Virus record (IMG/VR): IMGVR_UViG_3300032132_000001
Location: 170,573 to 234,572 of that record
Origin: a virus
DNA: 64,000 nt
Strand: one strand, 5' to 3'
Within the stretch, counting starts at the first letter, position 1. The number at the start of each line of letters is the position of its first letter. Made by a program: the position numbers and the translations under genes. The notes under the pieces are model-generated. The model did not search any database, was not told the DNA's origin, and saw only the letters and a list, made by a program, of their open reading frames with translations. Positions 45,459 to 55,578 of the stretch are shown one piece after another.

Positions 45459-45950
45459 ATGCCAGGATTCGAAATTGGTAATGGCGGCGGTGGGCCGGCT
45501 AATAATCTTCCTACATTTCGGCAGCACCGCTGGAAAATAACTCAGCTAGGCCCAATAACTTCAAGCCTAGATGTCGCCCGAGACCTTCAACTTCCTAACT
45601 TCAACGTTGAGAGGGAGAAGGTATGGGGTGCCAGCGTTGCGTACAAATACGCAAAAGGTGTTGACTGGGAAGATGTTACCGTAGCGTTCTATGATTTGTT
45701 TGATATCTATGGAAGACTAGAGACTTGGAAGAAAACTGTCTGGGATCCAGCAAAAGGGCTACACCCTGCTGGCGACTATAAGGCAGTATCAGTTTTCAAG
45801 CTTCTAGATGCAAGAGGAACGCCGCAACAAACGCATACACTAATAAATAGTTGGCCAGTTAAAATAACTCACGGCCCACTATCGTACACGTCATCTGAGA
45901 TTAAGTATACTCAAGTAACTCTATCTTATGATTGGGCAGAAGTTAGCTAA
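45459..45950 (+). CDS. tail tube protein, paralog 2
   Basis: 163 aa; shares the N-terminal signature with paralog 1. Confidence 0.5.
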   Translation: MPGFEIGNGGGGPANNLPTFRQHRWKITQLGPITSSLDVARDLQLPNFNVEREKVWGASVAYKYAKGVDWEDVTVAFYDLFDIYGRLETWKKTVWDPAKGLHPAGDYKAVSVFKLLDARGTPQQTHTLINSWPVKITHGPLSYTSSEIKYTQVTLSYDWAEVS

Positions 45951-45996
45951 AAGCTCTGCCATCAATAAATAACACTGAATCCCAACGGAGGAAAAT

Positions 45997-46905
45997 ATGT
46001 CCGTCGAAGAAATCGATCTCAAGTCTGAAACCGAAAAGCCAGATACAGAAGCGCCTGCTGGGAACCTCACGGCAGCAGAACTGCTTGATAGAGCACTAAA
46101 AGCCAAGGAAGAGGAGATCATCCCTTGGGATGATGCTCAACTACCGAGCGAAGGTGAATACTACAGCGCGTTCACCGATGGCATGGTCCAAGTCAGACCA
46201 ATGAGCATCCATGCTGAGAAAATGATGGCTACTCAGCGGTTTGCTAAGTCGGGCAAGTCTATCGACATGCTCTTCAAACAATGTTGCCAGCTTCCCGAGG
46301 AGTTTGACACCCTCGACCTGCTCGCTGGCGACCGTGTATTCCTTCTCTACTTCATTCGTGGTATCACTCATGGTAACATCTATGAGTTCACGCTCGAATG
46401 TCCTCATGAAGGATGTAATGATACGAACACATACTCGTACGACCTAAACGATCTATACGAGACTGTTCAAGGCCCGGCTTTTGATCTTGGCGATGAGCCC
46501 TTCAAAGTCGTTCTACCTCATATGAGCAAGATCTTCGGCCAAGAATTCTGGGTGAAGGTGCGCTTCATGCGCGGCCGTGACATGCAGAAAATGTTGCAGC
46601 GCCAGCAGTTCGACCGCAAGATGAGAGGCGGCCGTATCAATCACAAGATGGACTCGGTAGATCAGACTCTAGAAGAGAACATCAACATCGTGATCGAAGA
46701 CGTTATGGGCGATCGCGATAGGATCAAGATCCAACAGATCGTGAAGAAGCTCCACGCGCTAGACACTTCTGCGATTCGCGAATTCCTACGGAAGAACTCG
46801 CCTGGGATCGACACCAACGTGAAGCTAGATTGTCCAAGCTGTGGGGAGCTGATCTCTATCGATCTACCAATCACAGAATCGTTTTTTCGTCCAACGGTCC
46901 AGTGA
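45997..46905 (+). CDS. hypothetical protein (302 aa) with a C-terminal Zn ribbon
   Basis: ORF track; ECPHEGC...CPSCGEL; GGAGGAAAAT RBS. Confidence 0.5.
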   Translation: MSVEEIDLKSETEKPDTEAPAGNLTAAELLDRALKAKEEEIIPWDDAQLPSEGEYYSAFTDGMVQVRPMSIHAEKMMATQRFAKSGKSIDMLFKQCCQLPEEFDTLDLLAGDRVFLLYFIRGITHGNIYEFTLECPHEGCNDTNTYSYDLNDLYETVQGPAFDLGDEPFKVVLPHMSKIFGQEFWVKVRFMRGRDMQKMLQRQQFDRKMRGGRINHKMDSVDQTLEENINIVIEDVMGDRDRIKIQQIVKKLHALDTSAIREFLRKNSPGIDTNVKLDCPSCGELISIDLPITESFFRPTVQ

Positions 46906-46933
46906 AGAACTGGAGAACGAGTGGGACCACCTG

Positions 46934-47128
46934 ATGGAACAGCAGTTCCATCTGAAGGAGTATGGTGGGTTTAGCTTGGACGAAATGTCACACCTTACCG
47001 GTGAAGAGCGCCAGTGGTGGATGAATAGGCTACAAAAGAAGCACGAACAAGAACAAGAAGCAGCAAAGAGTGCTTCTGGTTCTAACAACACCATTGCTCC
47101 ATCCCCAGGTAGTCCCCCGCAAGCATAA
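46934..47128 (+). CDS. hypothetical protein (64 aa)
   Basis: ORF track. Confidence 0.3.
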   Translation: MEQQFHLKEYGGFSLDEMSHLTGEERQWWMNRLQKKHEQEQEAAKSASGSNNTIAPSPGSPPQA

Positions 47129-47145
47129 GCCGGCAAAGATATTAT

Positions 47146-47910
47146 ATGCCGGTATTTCCACGAATTTCGGGTCAAGTCGGATCGCCGATCGACCTCTCCG
47201 TAATCTTCTACAGGAACGGAGTAGCAGCAGACCCGCTTGCTATAAGGCGAATAGACATTTACGCGCAATCTGTGCGTGAAGAGAATCTTGTAGCTCAAGT
47301 AATTATGCCAGAGCCAGACGAGACTGGCTATCCCCTGCCTCTCACTACTACTGGGCCTGGCGAATTCAATCTCCGATTCGATGTCCCGTGCGATTTTGAA
47401 GACGGGATCGTATACCTAGATGTCTGGCGCTTCATTGGTGTGGATTGTGATGTCACAGGTCTAGATTTCGATGACGAATCGTTCTGGCAAGATTCGTGCA
47501 ATAGGTTCTACGTCTTCTCGGATTCGTGCTTCGTTGATGATCAGCTTATCATCCCGAGGTTCGACTTTGAGCCTCTAGATTTTAGAGTAAGAAAAGAAGA
47601 GATAAGGACTATCGAAGTTGGCATCATGCCGCTTCCATTGTACGACTTCGACTTCAACCTTATGATGCCTCTCATTCCTCAGTTCAAGCCTTTCATCCAG
47701 GTAGAGACTGAGCAATGTGAAGTGGTAATCCCCTGGACTCCTGGTAAGATGGGCATCCGCCAGGGAAGCTATCGCACCAATCCGTGGAACGCACAATTCA
47801 CGTTCGATTTCAGCAGCTTCCTTCGTGGGAGCTATCTGTACAAGGTACGGATCGACCTGCCGAACGGAGAACGTCGCGTTTCCAAGCCTCTACGGTTTAG
47901 CATTGAATGA
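47146..47910 (+). CDS. hypothetical protein (254 aa)
   Basis: ORF track; CAAAGATATTAT abuts the ATG. Confidence 0.5.
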   Translation: MPVFPRISGQVGSPIDLSVIFYRNGVAADPLAIRRIDIYAQSVREENLVAQVIMPEPDETGYPLPLTTTGPGEFNLRFDVPCDFEDGIVYLDVWRFIGVDCDVTGLDFDDESFWQDSCNRFYVFSDSCFVDDQLIIPRFDFEPLDFRVRKEEIRTIEVGIMPLPLYDFDFNLMMPLIPQFKPFIQVETEQCEVVIPWTPGKMGIRQGSYRTNPWNAQFTFDFSSFLRGSYLYKVRIDLPNGERRVSKPLRFSIE

Positions 47911-48428
47911 AACCGTCAGAGGAACCTCCGCTCAAGTTCGATCCTGAAGATATCGACAATCCAGTAGGCGGTGGTAATCCACAGGGGGACTCGGACAACC
48001 CAGCGGATGATGAAGATATGTTGCGCACAGATAGCCCCAGGACACCAGACCTAGCCGCTGAGCAGATAGACACAATTGCTGCTATGCTTACGGATGACCC
48101 GGATGTCTTCCATGAGGCAGATTGTTGTGGGTCGGACCATGGTGGTAGCCATGCTGAGTTCAGAAAGAAAGAGAACTCGCGCAAGACCAAGCACAGAAAT
48201 GAACATCCTGGCATGGAGCGTTCTGCGCAGAAAAGACACGAGAAAAGAGTTGGTAGAAATTCTACCCATCGTGGGAAGAATAGAGACAAGAAAAAGCGCA
48301 AGACTTGTTCGATGTGTGGTAAGAGTACAGGTAGCCTGCCTGCAGGACAGAAGATTGAAGGCGACCACACTGGCGGCGGAGTAGTAAGTAAATGTACCGC
48401 TTGCCACGCGAAGAAGAATAGAAAATGA
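47907..48428 (+). CDS. basic, His/Lys-rich protein carrying the IAAMLTDDPDVF tag (tag at aa 54-68; a later start at 48018 is possible)
   Basis: ORF track; CTACHAKK C-terminal Cys pair. Confidence 0.45.
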   Translation: MKPSEEPPLKFDPEDIDNPVGGGNPQGDSDNPADDEDMLRTDSPRTPDLAAEQIDTIAAMLTDDPDVFHEADCCGSDHGGSHAEFRKKENSRKTKHRNEHPGMERSAQKRHEKRVGRNSTHRGKNRDKKKRKTCSMCGKSTGSLPAGQKIEGDHTGGGVVSKCTACHAKKNRK

Positions 48429-48949
48429 AATTGTTCGACATTCATGAATCTAAAGCAGTCTTGAGGGAATTCGACTCGGATGTGAAGGACGCCGAGTTCG
48501 TAAAATGGGTAGCTGCATCTGGAAAGATGCGCGAAGAAGTAAATGAGCTACTCAGAGTTACCAAGAAAATCATCTTGCGGCTGAATAGAGATAAAGAACG
48601 GAACGACAAACTATACAAAGCAATGAAGGATATGCGCAAGGGCCAGGATGACGTCCTTGAAACTATCAAACAGTTCTCTGATTACACAAGAGAGCCAGAT
48701 TTCCTCCAAGATAATCCCTCATTTATAGAATTACGCAAAAATATGGAGGAAATTCTCAAGAACTTGAGTGAAGTCCAGAGCGGCGATGGCCTAGAAATCA
48801 ACCCTCTGATAACCGATCTCCAGGCTCGCTTGGGAGATATCGAAGCAAGACTCCCAGCACTGGAAATAGGACAGGAACAGACATATGAAACTGACAGTGA
48901 TCAGCAGGGGCTACTGGCCGACGTCGATGGCACCTTCGAACTCCTATGA
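48425..48949 (+). CDS. coiled-coil protein (174 aa)
   Basis: ORF track; coupled to the upstream gene. Confidence 0.45.
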   Translation: MKLFDIHESKAVLREFDSDVKDAEFVKWVAASGKMREEVNELLRVTKKIILRLNRDKERNDKLYKAMKDMRKGQDDVLETIKQFSDYTREPDFLQDNPSFIELRKNMEEILKNLSEVQSGDGLEINPLITDLQARLGDIEARLPALEIGQEQTYETDSDQQGLLADVDGTFELL

Positions 48950-48959
48950 TGGAGCTATC

Positions 48960-49175
48960 ATGGGCGGTTTCACACAGAATAGTATTTGGGATAATGTAGG
49001 TCGTCCGAGTCAGGGAGCTTGTGGCGCGTATCTCCAACCAGTCCAAACCTCTCAAGATGGCGGGAGCGAGAGAAGCGGGGGACTTTGGGATATCATTCGC
49101 CAAATGCCGGCAATGACGAACTACTCAAACTACGATGCTCCAGATCCCATGAAACCAGAAGGTCGCCCAATCTAA
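48960..49175 (+). CDS. hypothetical protein (about 71 aa)
   Basis: Track ORF 48885..49175; I prefer ATG 48960 (GGAG 6-9 nt upstream, 10 nt after the previous stop). Confidence 0.35.
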   Translation: MGGFTQNSIWDNVGRPSQGACGAYLQPVQTSQDGGSERSGGLWDIIRQMPAMTNYSNYDAPDPMKPEGRPI

Positions 49176-49202
49176 CAAAGGGTCGCTTTGACGGGCGGTC
49201 AC

Positions 49203-49228
49203 AAGAGCCACCTTAATTGGTGGCTCTT
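49203..49228. terminator. perfect 10-bp stem hairpin AAGAGCCACC-ttaatt-GGTGGCTCTT; terminator or regulatory candidate without a U-tract
   Basis: Read directly; lies between the tail-assembly genes and the Toprim gene. Confidence 0.4.
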
Positions 49229-49248
49229 GGTATGTAAAGACCGTAACC

Positions 49249-50253
49249 GTGAGCTACAAAATAACAGCCGAGCAAGTCGAGGACTGGGTCTCCAGAAACT
49301 TCGACTATAAGACGCGGAGGGGCGGCTCTGAAATCATCATGCCAAACCCCTTTGTGCCAGGGGATACCCAATATAAATTCAACATTAGTCTGGTCCCGAA
49401 ATATAGCAAAAGGGACGTAGAGCAGAAGCTCAAGACGTTCTGGGTCCACGACTGGCGCCCTGACCATCAAGACTGGGACAGCTCTTTCGTTAAGTTCGTA
49501 CAGCGCTACAAGAAGTGCTCTTTCTGGGAAGCGATCAAGGACATAGGTGGCACCTATTCGCGCCTGATCCATTTTCCCCATAAAAGAGAGAAGGAAGAAG
49601 AGGAAGAAGTAGAATATATTGTTGAATTGCCCTCTGGTTCTATCTCTTTTCGCGACAAGAAAGAAGGGAAGATCAGAAAGATCGCTCTGAACTATCTCAG
49701 GAAGCGAGGTCTCCCTGAAGAATCGGTCATCTCCCACGGGCTACACTACTCTGCGGCTTTCGTGGTATTTCCGTACTTCGAGTACGGCATGATGGTGTTC
49801 TGGCAGGCAAGAGATCTTCTGAGCAAGAAGTTCGCCTTTCCAGACACAGAGAAAACCGGTCTTGAGAAATCTAACTACCTATATGGCTTCGACCATGTGG
49901 AGCCGACCCAGACCGTGTACATGGTCGAAGCGGTCATCGACGCTCTCACTGTTGGGGACGGGGCATTGGCCATCGGTGGTGATTCGATGTCCAAGAAGCA
50001 GGTGCAAAAGCTGCGCTCTCTACTCCCCGGCAAGATCATCCTTTGCCCTGATAATGACGATGCGGGCCGAGCCCTGCTGAAGTCGATGTATGCCGACCTC
50101 AGGCCCCGTAACCCTTCTCTGTACTTTGCTGTCCCACCCGATCCGCATAAGGATTGGAACGATCTAGAAGTCGCAATGGGACCAGGTACTGCGAGGAAGC
50201 ACATCGAGGCGAACGCGAGGAAGCTCACCCCGCCTGTGCTGTTCCGCCTATAG
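49249..50253 (+). CDS. Toprim-domain protein (DnaG-primase-like catalytic core; GTG start)
   Basis: 334 aa; Toprim Glu in VYMVEAVIDALTV and DxD in ILCPDNDDAGR; no N-terminal Zn ribbon seen. Confidence 0.55.
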   Translation: MSYKITAEQVEDWVSRNFDYKTRRGGSEIIMPNPFVPGDTQYKFNISLVPKYSKRDVEQKLKTFWVHDWRPDHQDWDSSFVKFVQRYKKCSFWEAIKDIGGTYSRLIHFPHKREKEEEEEVEYIVELPSGSISFRDKKEGKIRKIALNYLRKRGLPEESVISHGLHYSAAFVVFPYFEYGMMVFWQARDLLSKKFAFPDTEKTGLEKSNYLYGFDHVEPTQTVYMVEAVIDALTVGDGALAIGGDSMSKKQVQKLRSLLPGKIILCPDNDDAGRALLKSMYADLRPRNPSLYFAVPPDPHKDWNDLEVAMGPGTARKHIEANARKLTPPVLFRL

Positions 50254-50260
50254 TTCAAAC

Positions 50261-50291
50261 ATACTGTATGCAACTTTTAGGCATACAGTAT
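50261..50291. terminator. perfect 11-bp stem hairpin ATACTGTATGC-N9-GCATACAGTAT just after the Toprim gene
   Basis: Read directly; lies inside track ORF 50154..50543, arguing that ORF's 5' part is not coding. Confidence 0.4.
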
Positions 50292-50315
50292 AGACGCGAT
50301 AACACGATAAAAAAT

Positions 50316-50543
50316 ATGGTGGTCCTGTTGTTAGTGGATCACCCAGATAGAATGTCGTGTCTTAGATCCGATAAATTGAGCCAAAACGAAATAGAGCTGC
50401 TCAAGCAACTGTCTTCTGAAATAGATAATATGGAAATAAGAGATCGAATCGCCTGGTTTAAGGAGAATATCTCTTCTTACCCAAAGGCTTATAGAGAATT
50501 GAAAAAGGAGTATGCTGTCGTCAAAGACAGCTTCGACCTATAA
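50316..50543 (+). CDS. hypothetical small protein (start uncertain)
   Basis: 3' part of track ORF 50154..50543, placed downstream of the hairpin; no SD found. Confidence 0.25.
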   Translation: MVVLLLVDHPDRMSCLRSDKLSQNEIELLKQLSSEIDNMEIRDRIAWFKENISSYPKAYRELKKEYAVVKDSFDL

Positions 50544-51811
50544 TGAGCAGCCAAGTCACCGCAAAACCAAGTATCGAATTATCGATTGCAGGTAGTGTCA
50601 ACCTGGTAGAAAAGTATGAAAAATTCGAATGGATATCATTTGTAAATGGTGGATATATCATCCGTGGGAAGATTGATGACTCATGGTGGAAGACCATCCG
50701 CAAGCTCGCAACAGACAGATATCTCCAAAAAGGAAGGCTAGAAGCCACCCCGGTAACATTTTCGATCTTGTGGGACGAGAATAAAAGAACCACACCACGT
50801 ACGGCGATCCTAACCGAACTTGAGAACGACGGTAAGGGAGCAGGCGGCTCAGTCACTTTTGTAGGTGTTGATCCGCCGAGCTATTTCCTCAACTCTGGCG
50901 ATGCCTCTGGTAGAGTTTATGAAGGGAGGATCTCCGACGTAATCAAGAGAGTAGTTCAAGATTATACTACCCAATCGCCAACACCTATCACAGTAGAAGT
51001 GACCAAAACTCAAGATAATCCACAGGGCAAGTGGTGGATGATGAGACAAGATCCGAAGACTTTTATTCGATCTCTACTTGACTGGTCACCTTCTATCTGC
51101 CCCGATAAGACCAGCTGGATTGTGGCTAGCACAGATTTCAAAATCATCATCCGAGAACAAGCTGAGTTCAAAGGAACAGACTTCGGCGTCTTTGAGATGA
51201 ACAAAACCGGGGGAGCTAAAGATATCGAAGGTGTTGAGCTTCTCGCCGACAGCATGCTGACTCCCCTTCAGACAGCAATTAGGACAGCCGGTATCAGCGC
51301 TGTTTCTGGTCAGATATTCACCAATATCCAAGTCAACGATGATAATACCAGCAACAAGAGAAACGTAAAAATCACAGCCGCTCAAGGATTCAAGAAACCG
51401 CCATCCAAAGTTGAACCTGGATCTCCGGGAGGTTCTACTTATGTGACTGCCGTCCCAGAATTGAACGGCGGGGAAATGGGTAAAAACTATGAGGAGTGGA
51501 TCGACGGTCGAGCGCGCGGCGTGTTCATGAATATGTTGAACATGGTCATGAGGCTGAGGATCACAGTCGATGGAAATCATGGAATAGACAGTAGCGAATT
51601 GCTAGGCGTTTCTACTTTGGTAGTAAACTGGAACGATGCCGATGATAAGCCGTACTTTCTTGGTGGAAAGTGGTTGATCTACGGTTTCCACCACGACTGC
51701 CGTCCGAAGAAGTGGAAGACTCACCTATACCTAGCAAGATTGGACTACGATGCAGCAGCGAAAACGGTTCTTGCTCCCATCAGGGAAGCCAAAGCGTCTG
51801 GTAATCTATAA
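50543..51811 (+). CDS. hypothetical tail or baseplate-associated protein (422 aa)
   Basis: ORF track; immediately precedes, and is coupled to, the tape measure gene. Confidence 0.5.
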   Translation: MSSQVTAKPSIELSIAGSVNLVEKYEKFEWISFVNGGYIIRGKIDDSWWKTIRKLATDRYLQKGRLEATPVTFSILWDENKRTTPRTAILTELENDGKGAGGSVTFVGVDPPSYFLNSGDASGRVYEGRISDVIKRVVQDYTTQSPTPITVEVTKTQDNPQGKWWMMRQDPKTFIRSLLDWSPSICPDKTSWIVASTDFKIIIREQAEFKGTDFGVFEMNKTGGAKDIEGVELLADSMLTPLQTAIRTAGISAVSGQIFTNIQVNDDNTSNKRNVKITAAQGFKKPPSKVEPGSPGGSTYVTAVPELNGGEMGKNYEEWIDGRARGVFMNMLNMVMRLRITVDGNHGIDSSELLGVSTLVVNWNDADDKPYFLGGKWLIYGFHHDCRPKKWKTHLYLARLDYDAAAKTVLAPIREAKASGNL

Positions 51812-54800
51812 TGGCAGATCCAGGATATGAGCTAGGAATTCAGTTCACACTGATGACCAAGCCTGCGTTGCAGGAATTGAACGTTTTTGCGTCAGAAGTG
51901 GAGAAAGTAGTAGCCAAGCACGGTGAGATGACCCTTGCCCTAAACGTCGAGTCGAATATCGGCGCAGTACAGGCCGAAATGGACGCGTTTAAGAGTACTG
52001 CGCAAGAAGACATGGGCGCCAAAGCTATGACCAGCATGGCTGGCATGGAGCCTGGCACAGAAGCTAAAGTTGCAGTGGAAGGGGCCGATGCAGCGGCTCA
52101 GGATATTGACGCTGTAGCCCAGTCTGCAATCGGAGCAGAGAAAGCAGTTCAAAGTCTTACTGCGGCTTCTGATAATCTAGAGGGCGCTTTCAAGAACCTA
52201 AAAGATGATTACAGTGAGAATAGAGCCTCTCTAGAACATCTCCGCAACTTGATGGGTCAATATGATAGTTCTATTGAATCATCAGTTTCAAGCCAGCTAA
52301 ATCTTGCGAAATCTATGAGGACTTCGCAAGGAGCTTATGACTCTCAATTGGCGGCGATCCAGAAGCAGCGAGAAGCTCGTGACGCGATTCAGAAACAGAT
52401 CGATAAACTAACCGACACTACTAAGAATAAACTGCTTCCAGCTCAACAAGAAGCGCTCAAACTACTGAAGATACGTCTACAAGAGTTGGATAATCTTGAA
52501 CAAAGAAGCGATGAAGAATTAAAGTCTATGGAGCAGAAGCTGAAGCTCACTCAGAAAGTGAGTGCTGCTTCTGGTTTCTTATCCAAGGCTATGACTACGG
52601 GGACTAAAGAACTCGGCGCAATCACCGAGGGAGTCAACAAGTTCCTCACCAGTGGCAATCTATTAGCTGCAGCGCTGCCGATCTTGGAAGTTGCTTTCCT
52701 TGATCTAGTAGAAACACAGGACATGTACGCGAAGGCTAACTTCCGAGCAGCCGGTAGCGTAACAGAACTTATGCATGTCAACACTGATCTTCAAGGATCA
52801 TTGGCGTTGACGTCGAGCGAAGCGGCCAAAGCAGCAAAAGCGGTAGCAGATGCTGGTATCAACGCTGAAGAAGGGTTTGGTCAAGCTGCAAAATCAGTAA
52901 GTCAATTTACTACTGTCACCGGAGCGAGTGCACAGGCTACTGCTGAATTCTCTAAGCAGGCACTTGTAGCGTTTAAGACTTCTGAAGGATTCGCCAAAGC
53001 ACAAGGCGATCTGCGCGATGTGATGGGCGGCATGGTCAATGCTATGAAGGCCGGCGGCCTGAGCAGCGGCGATATGAATCAGGTAATGGGCAAGCTGAGC
53101 AAGAATTTGCTAGTGGTCCGAGGCAGCTTCGGCGCTGAAGCTGCTAAAGAATACGCACAGACGATGGCTGCGGCAGCTGCCGCTTCGAAGAAGCTTGGTC
53201 TTGAGTCAGACACGCTCACTACCATGCTTGATGATCTGACTACCCCAATGGGTGCTCTAGATTCCGACTTTATGGTCCTGTACGCCAGAGCTGGTGTGCT
53301 TGAGAAAGTCTTGGCTGGTACCATGAAGCCGGCCGAAGCCTACGCTCAATCTCTTGGCCAGGTTGCAAAAGACTTGGGAGAAGTCACGAAGAGCGGAACT
53401 GCTATGGAGCAGCAGTTGAGCTTGGTGGCTATGGGAACGGCCAGAAACGAACAAGAAGCTGCGAAGATGATCGCTTCCTTCAAAGCGCAAGGAAGCTCTG
53501 GCGAGAAGTGGCTCCAAGTCCAAAAAGATATGGCCAAGGAAGCCAAGAAGAAAGCAGACCTGGACAAACAGTGGGCGGAAGCTACCGACACTCTGAAGAT
53601 GACCCTGATGAAAGCGCTGATGCCTCTAATCGCGCTCATCGAGAAGGGCATGGTCCCACTTATTTCAGTGTTGACGGTTTTGCTCAAGCCCTTACAGTGG
53701 GTCGCTAGTGCCTTCGACTATTTGACGACCAAATTCAATGAGGCAGATCCAACAACCCAAGCTATAGTAGGCGGCATGGGTAAAGTAGTAGTAGCCGTGT
53801 TAGCTGTCGGTGTAGCATTCAAGGTTGCCGCTTTAGCTTCTGGTGGTCTGTTGAGTGCGCTTGGAGGGCTTGCTTTGGCGCCCTTCAAAGCAGCAAAGGG
53901 GCTAATGGCTCTTGGGAAAGCTGGAAAGGCTGCCGCTACATTGGGCCCAGCAGGAAAGGCAATGCAGGGGGCAGCTACAGGTGCGTCTTCTCTTGGAAAA
54001 GCGGCGAATCCGACAATAGGCAAGACGATATTCTCATTCTTCAATGGTCTTGCTCAAGGATTGGCTAAGCTTGCAAACCCCGCAGTAATAGGTGGAGCGC
54101 TTGTAGCGATCGTTACCATTGGGCTTCTAGCTGCTATCCTAGTGATAACTGCACGGCACTTGAAAGGGTTTGAAATTACGGCTATAGCGGCTGCACTAGC
54201 CATCATCGGAATGGCAGTTGCGTTCTATATCATGGCGCCAGCTCTTGTCGCTGTGGGCGGTGCCGGTCTTGTTGCCATCCCAATCTTAGCTGTATTTGCT
54301 TTGGTTGTTTTGGCAGTAGGTGCAGCAGTTTTAATGGCAGCATATGGCATATCTCTGATAGTCGAAGCTGCTGCTAAGATGGTGGAGGCATTCGCCTCTC
54401 TATTTGCGGTCATCACTTTCGAAAGTGCGCTAGTATTCGGTGTTGTTGCTCTTGGGATTTACGCACTAGGTGCTTCAATGCTTGCTGTCCCACTTATTAT
54501 AGTGGGATTTGTTGCTCTTGCTGCTGCATTTCTTGCGGCTTGGGGCGCTTCGAAGACGCTCAATCAAGTGGTACCAAAGCTAGTTGAGCTTAGCAAGGCT
54601 GGTAAGGGGTTGTGGCAAGTAGGTACGGGTATGAGCATGATAGCCGATGGGCTAGCTAAGCTCGATGACCTACCAGATTCGGTAGATGCAAGACTAGAAA
54701 AAGTCCACACTATTACTGCTAAATCTGAGCCAATGCCAGCAGTGAAGTTCGCTGAGATGTTCCTTGGTAAGGTGGACGATGCGTCCAAGGGTAAAGAAGA

Positions 54801-54981
54801 CAAGAAGATGGATATACTAGAAAATCAGTTGAACATACTCAACGCGATTTTCTCCAAGGTGGCTGGATCGCCGCCGATTATGGTTGAGATTATGCAGCTG
54901 TTGCAGGCTCACTTGCCAGAAATCGATGATAAGCTAGACAGTCAATCTAGTATGTCTACAAGAATTAATCAGTGGGTATAA
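51811..54981 (+). CDS. tail tape measure protein
   Basis: 1056 aa; N-terminal coiled coils, then a long Gly/Ala/Leu-rich hydrophobic stretch (~aa 600-900) typical of tape measure proteins. Confidence 0.7.
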   Translation: MADPGYELGIQFTLMTKPALQELNVFASEVEKVVAKHGEMTLALNVESNIGAVQAEMDAFKSTAQEDMGAKAMTSMAGMEPGTEAKVAVEGADAAAQDIDAVAQSAIGAEKAVQSLTAASDNLEGAFKNLKDDYSENRASLEHLRNLMGQYDSSIESSVSSQLNLAKSMRTSQGAYDSQLAAIQKQREARDAIQKQIDKLTDTTKNKLLPAQQEALKLLKIRLQELDNLEQRSDEELKSMEQKLKLTQKVSAASGFLSKAMTTGTKELGAITEGVNKFLTSGNLLAAALPILEVAFLDLVETQDMYAKANFRAAGSVTELMHVNTDLQGSLALTSSEAAKAAKAVADAGINAEEGFGQAAKSVSQFTTVTGASAQATAEFSKQALVAFKTSEGFAKAQGDLRDVMGGMVNAMKAGGLSSGDMNQVMGKLSKNLLVVRGSFGAEAAKEYAQTMAAAAAASKKLGLESDTLTTMLDDLTTPMGALDSDFMVLYARAGVLEKVLAGTMKPAEAYAQSLGQVAKDLGEVTKSGTAMEQQLSLVAMGTARNEQEAAKMIASFKAQGSSGEKWLQVQKDMAKEAKKKADLDKQWAEATDTLKMTLMKALMPLIALIEKGMVPLISVLTVLLKPLQWVASAFDYLTTKFNEADPTTQAIVGGMGKVVVAVLAVGVAFKVAALASGGLLSALGGLALAPFKAAKGLMALGKAGKAAATLGPAGKAMQGAATGASSLGKAANPTIGKTIFSFFNGLAQGLAKLANPAVIGGALVAIVTIGLLAAILVITARHLKGFEITAIAAALAIIGMAVAFYIMAPALVAVGGAGLVAIPILAVFALVVLAVGAAVLMAAYGISLIVEAAAKMVEAFASLFAVITFESALVFGVVALGIYALGASMLAVPLIIVGFVALAAAFLAAWGASKTLNQVVPKLVELSKAGKGLWQVGTGMSMIADGLAKLDDLPDSVDARLEKVHTITAKSEPMPAVKFAEMFLGKVDDASKGKEDKKMDILENQLNILNAIFSKVAGSPPIMVEIMQLLQAHLPEIDDKLDSQSSMSTRINQWV

Positions 54982-54984
54982 ATC

Positions 54985-55578
54985 ATGGTTGAAACATATA
55001 CAGCTGCAGATAAGAAAGCGATCGGCAAATGCAGTATGACCATCAGGTCATCTGCGGGCAGCGACAATGAGTCGTTTATTGCTGGCAAGGTGACTGATAT
55101 AATCTTTCAGTTCCCACCAAAAGTGACAGCTGACGGTAAGAAGACGCTCTGGAAAGCGAGAGATAAGACGCGAGCAGCGTTTGAGCCTATCGTAACTTGG
55201 GATGGCGCTGACCCGCGTGCGATCACAGTAGAGATGACCTATGTGGTAAGTGGTACACCTTGGACTGCGCAAAGGATAATGGAGCTAGCGCGAGAGTTCA
55301 AAAGGTATCACTACGGTAAGATTGGTGCCAAGGCTACAGTTCACATCATTGAGATGAAGCTATTCGACTCTATTGTTGGAGCCAACGGCAAGTTTCGGAT
55401 TGAGAGCACGTCGATCAAGTATAGCCCACAACTCGTAACATCTGGTGACGTAATCTGGCCTAAGGTCACTACTATCACCATCGCATGTCTACACATGTCT
55501 AGGGTGAAGGTCACTGACGGTATTGCCAAGCTTGACGTGAAGGGCCTAGATGATCTACCTAGACCGGAGTGGTACTAA
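54985..55578 (+). CDS. hypothetical baseplate-module protein (197 aa)
   Basis: ORF track; GGGTATAAATC abuts the ATG. Confidence 0.45.
   Translation: MVETYTAADKKAIGKCSMTIRSSAGSDNESFIAGKVTDIIFQFPPKVTADGKKTLWKARDKTRAAFEPIVTWDGADPRAITVEMTYVVSGTPWTAQRIMELAREFKRYHYGKIGAKATVHIIEMKLFDSIVGANGKFRIESTSIKYSPQLVTSGDVIWPKVTTITIACLHMSRVKVTDGIAKLDVKGLDDLPRPEWY

Noticed and set aside
49213-49737. 174-aa minus-strand ORF
   Set aside because: Antisense to the Toprim gene, which carries the catalytic E and DxD motifs. It also starts inside the 49203..49228 hairpin.
50154-50315. 5' portion of track ORF 50154..50543
   Set aside because: Overlaps the Toprim gene's 3' end and contains the perfect 11-bp hairpin. 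Only the part downstream of the hairpin is kept, at low confidence.
51840-54803. Several minus-strand ORFs within the tape measure gene
   Set aside because: Antisense to the tape measure gene; Ala/Ser-rich mirror of the Gly/Ala-rich coding strand.
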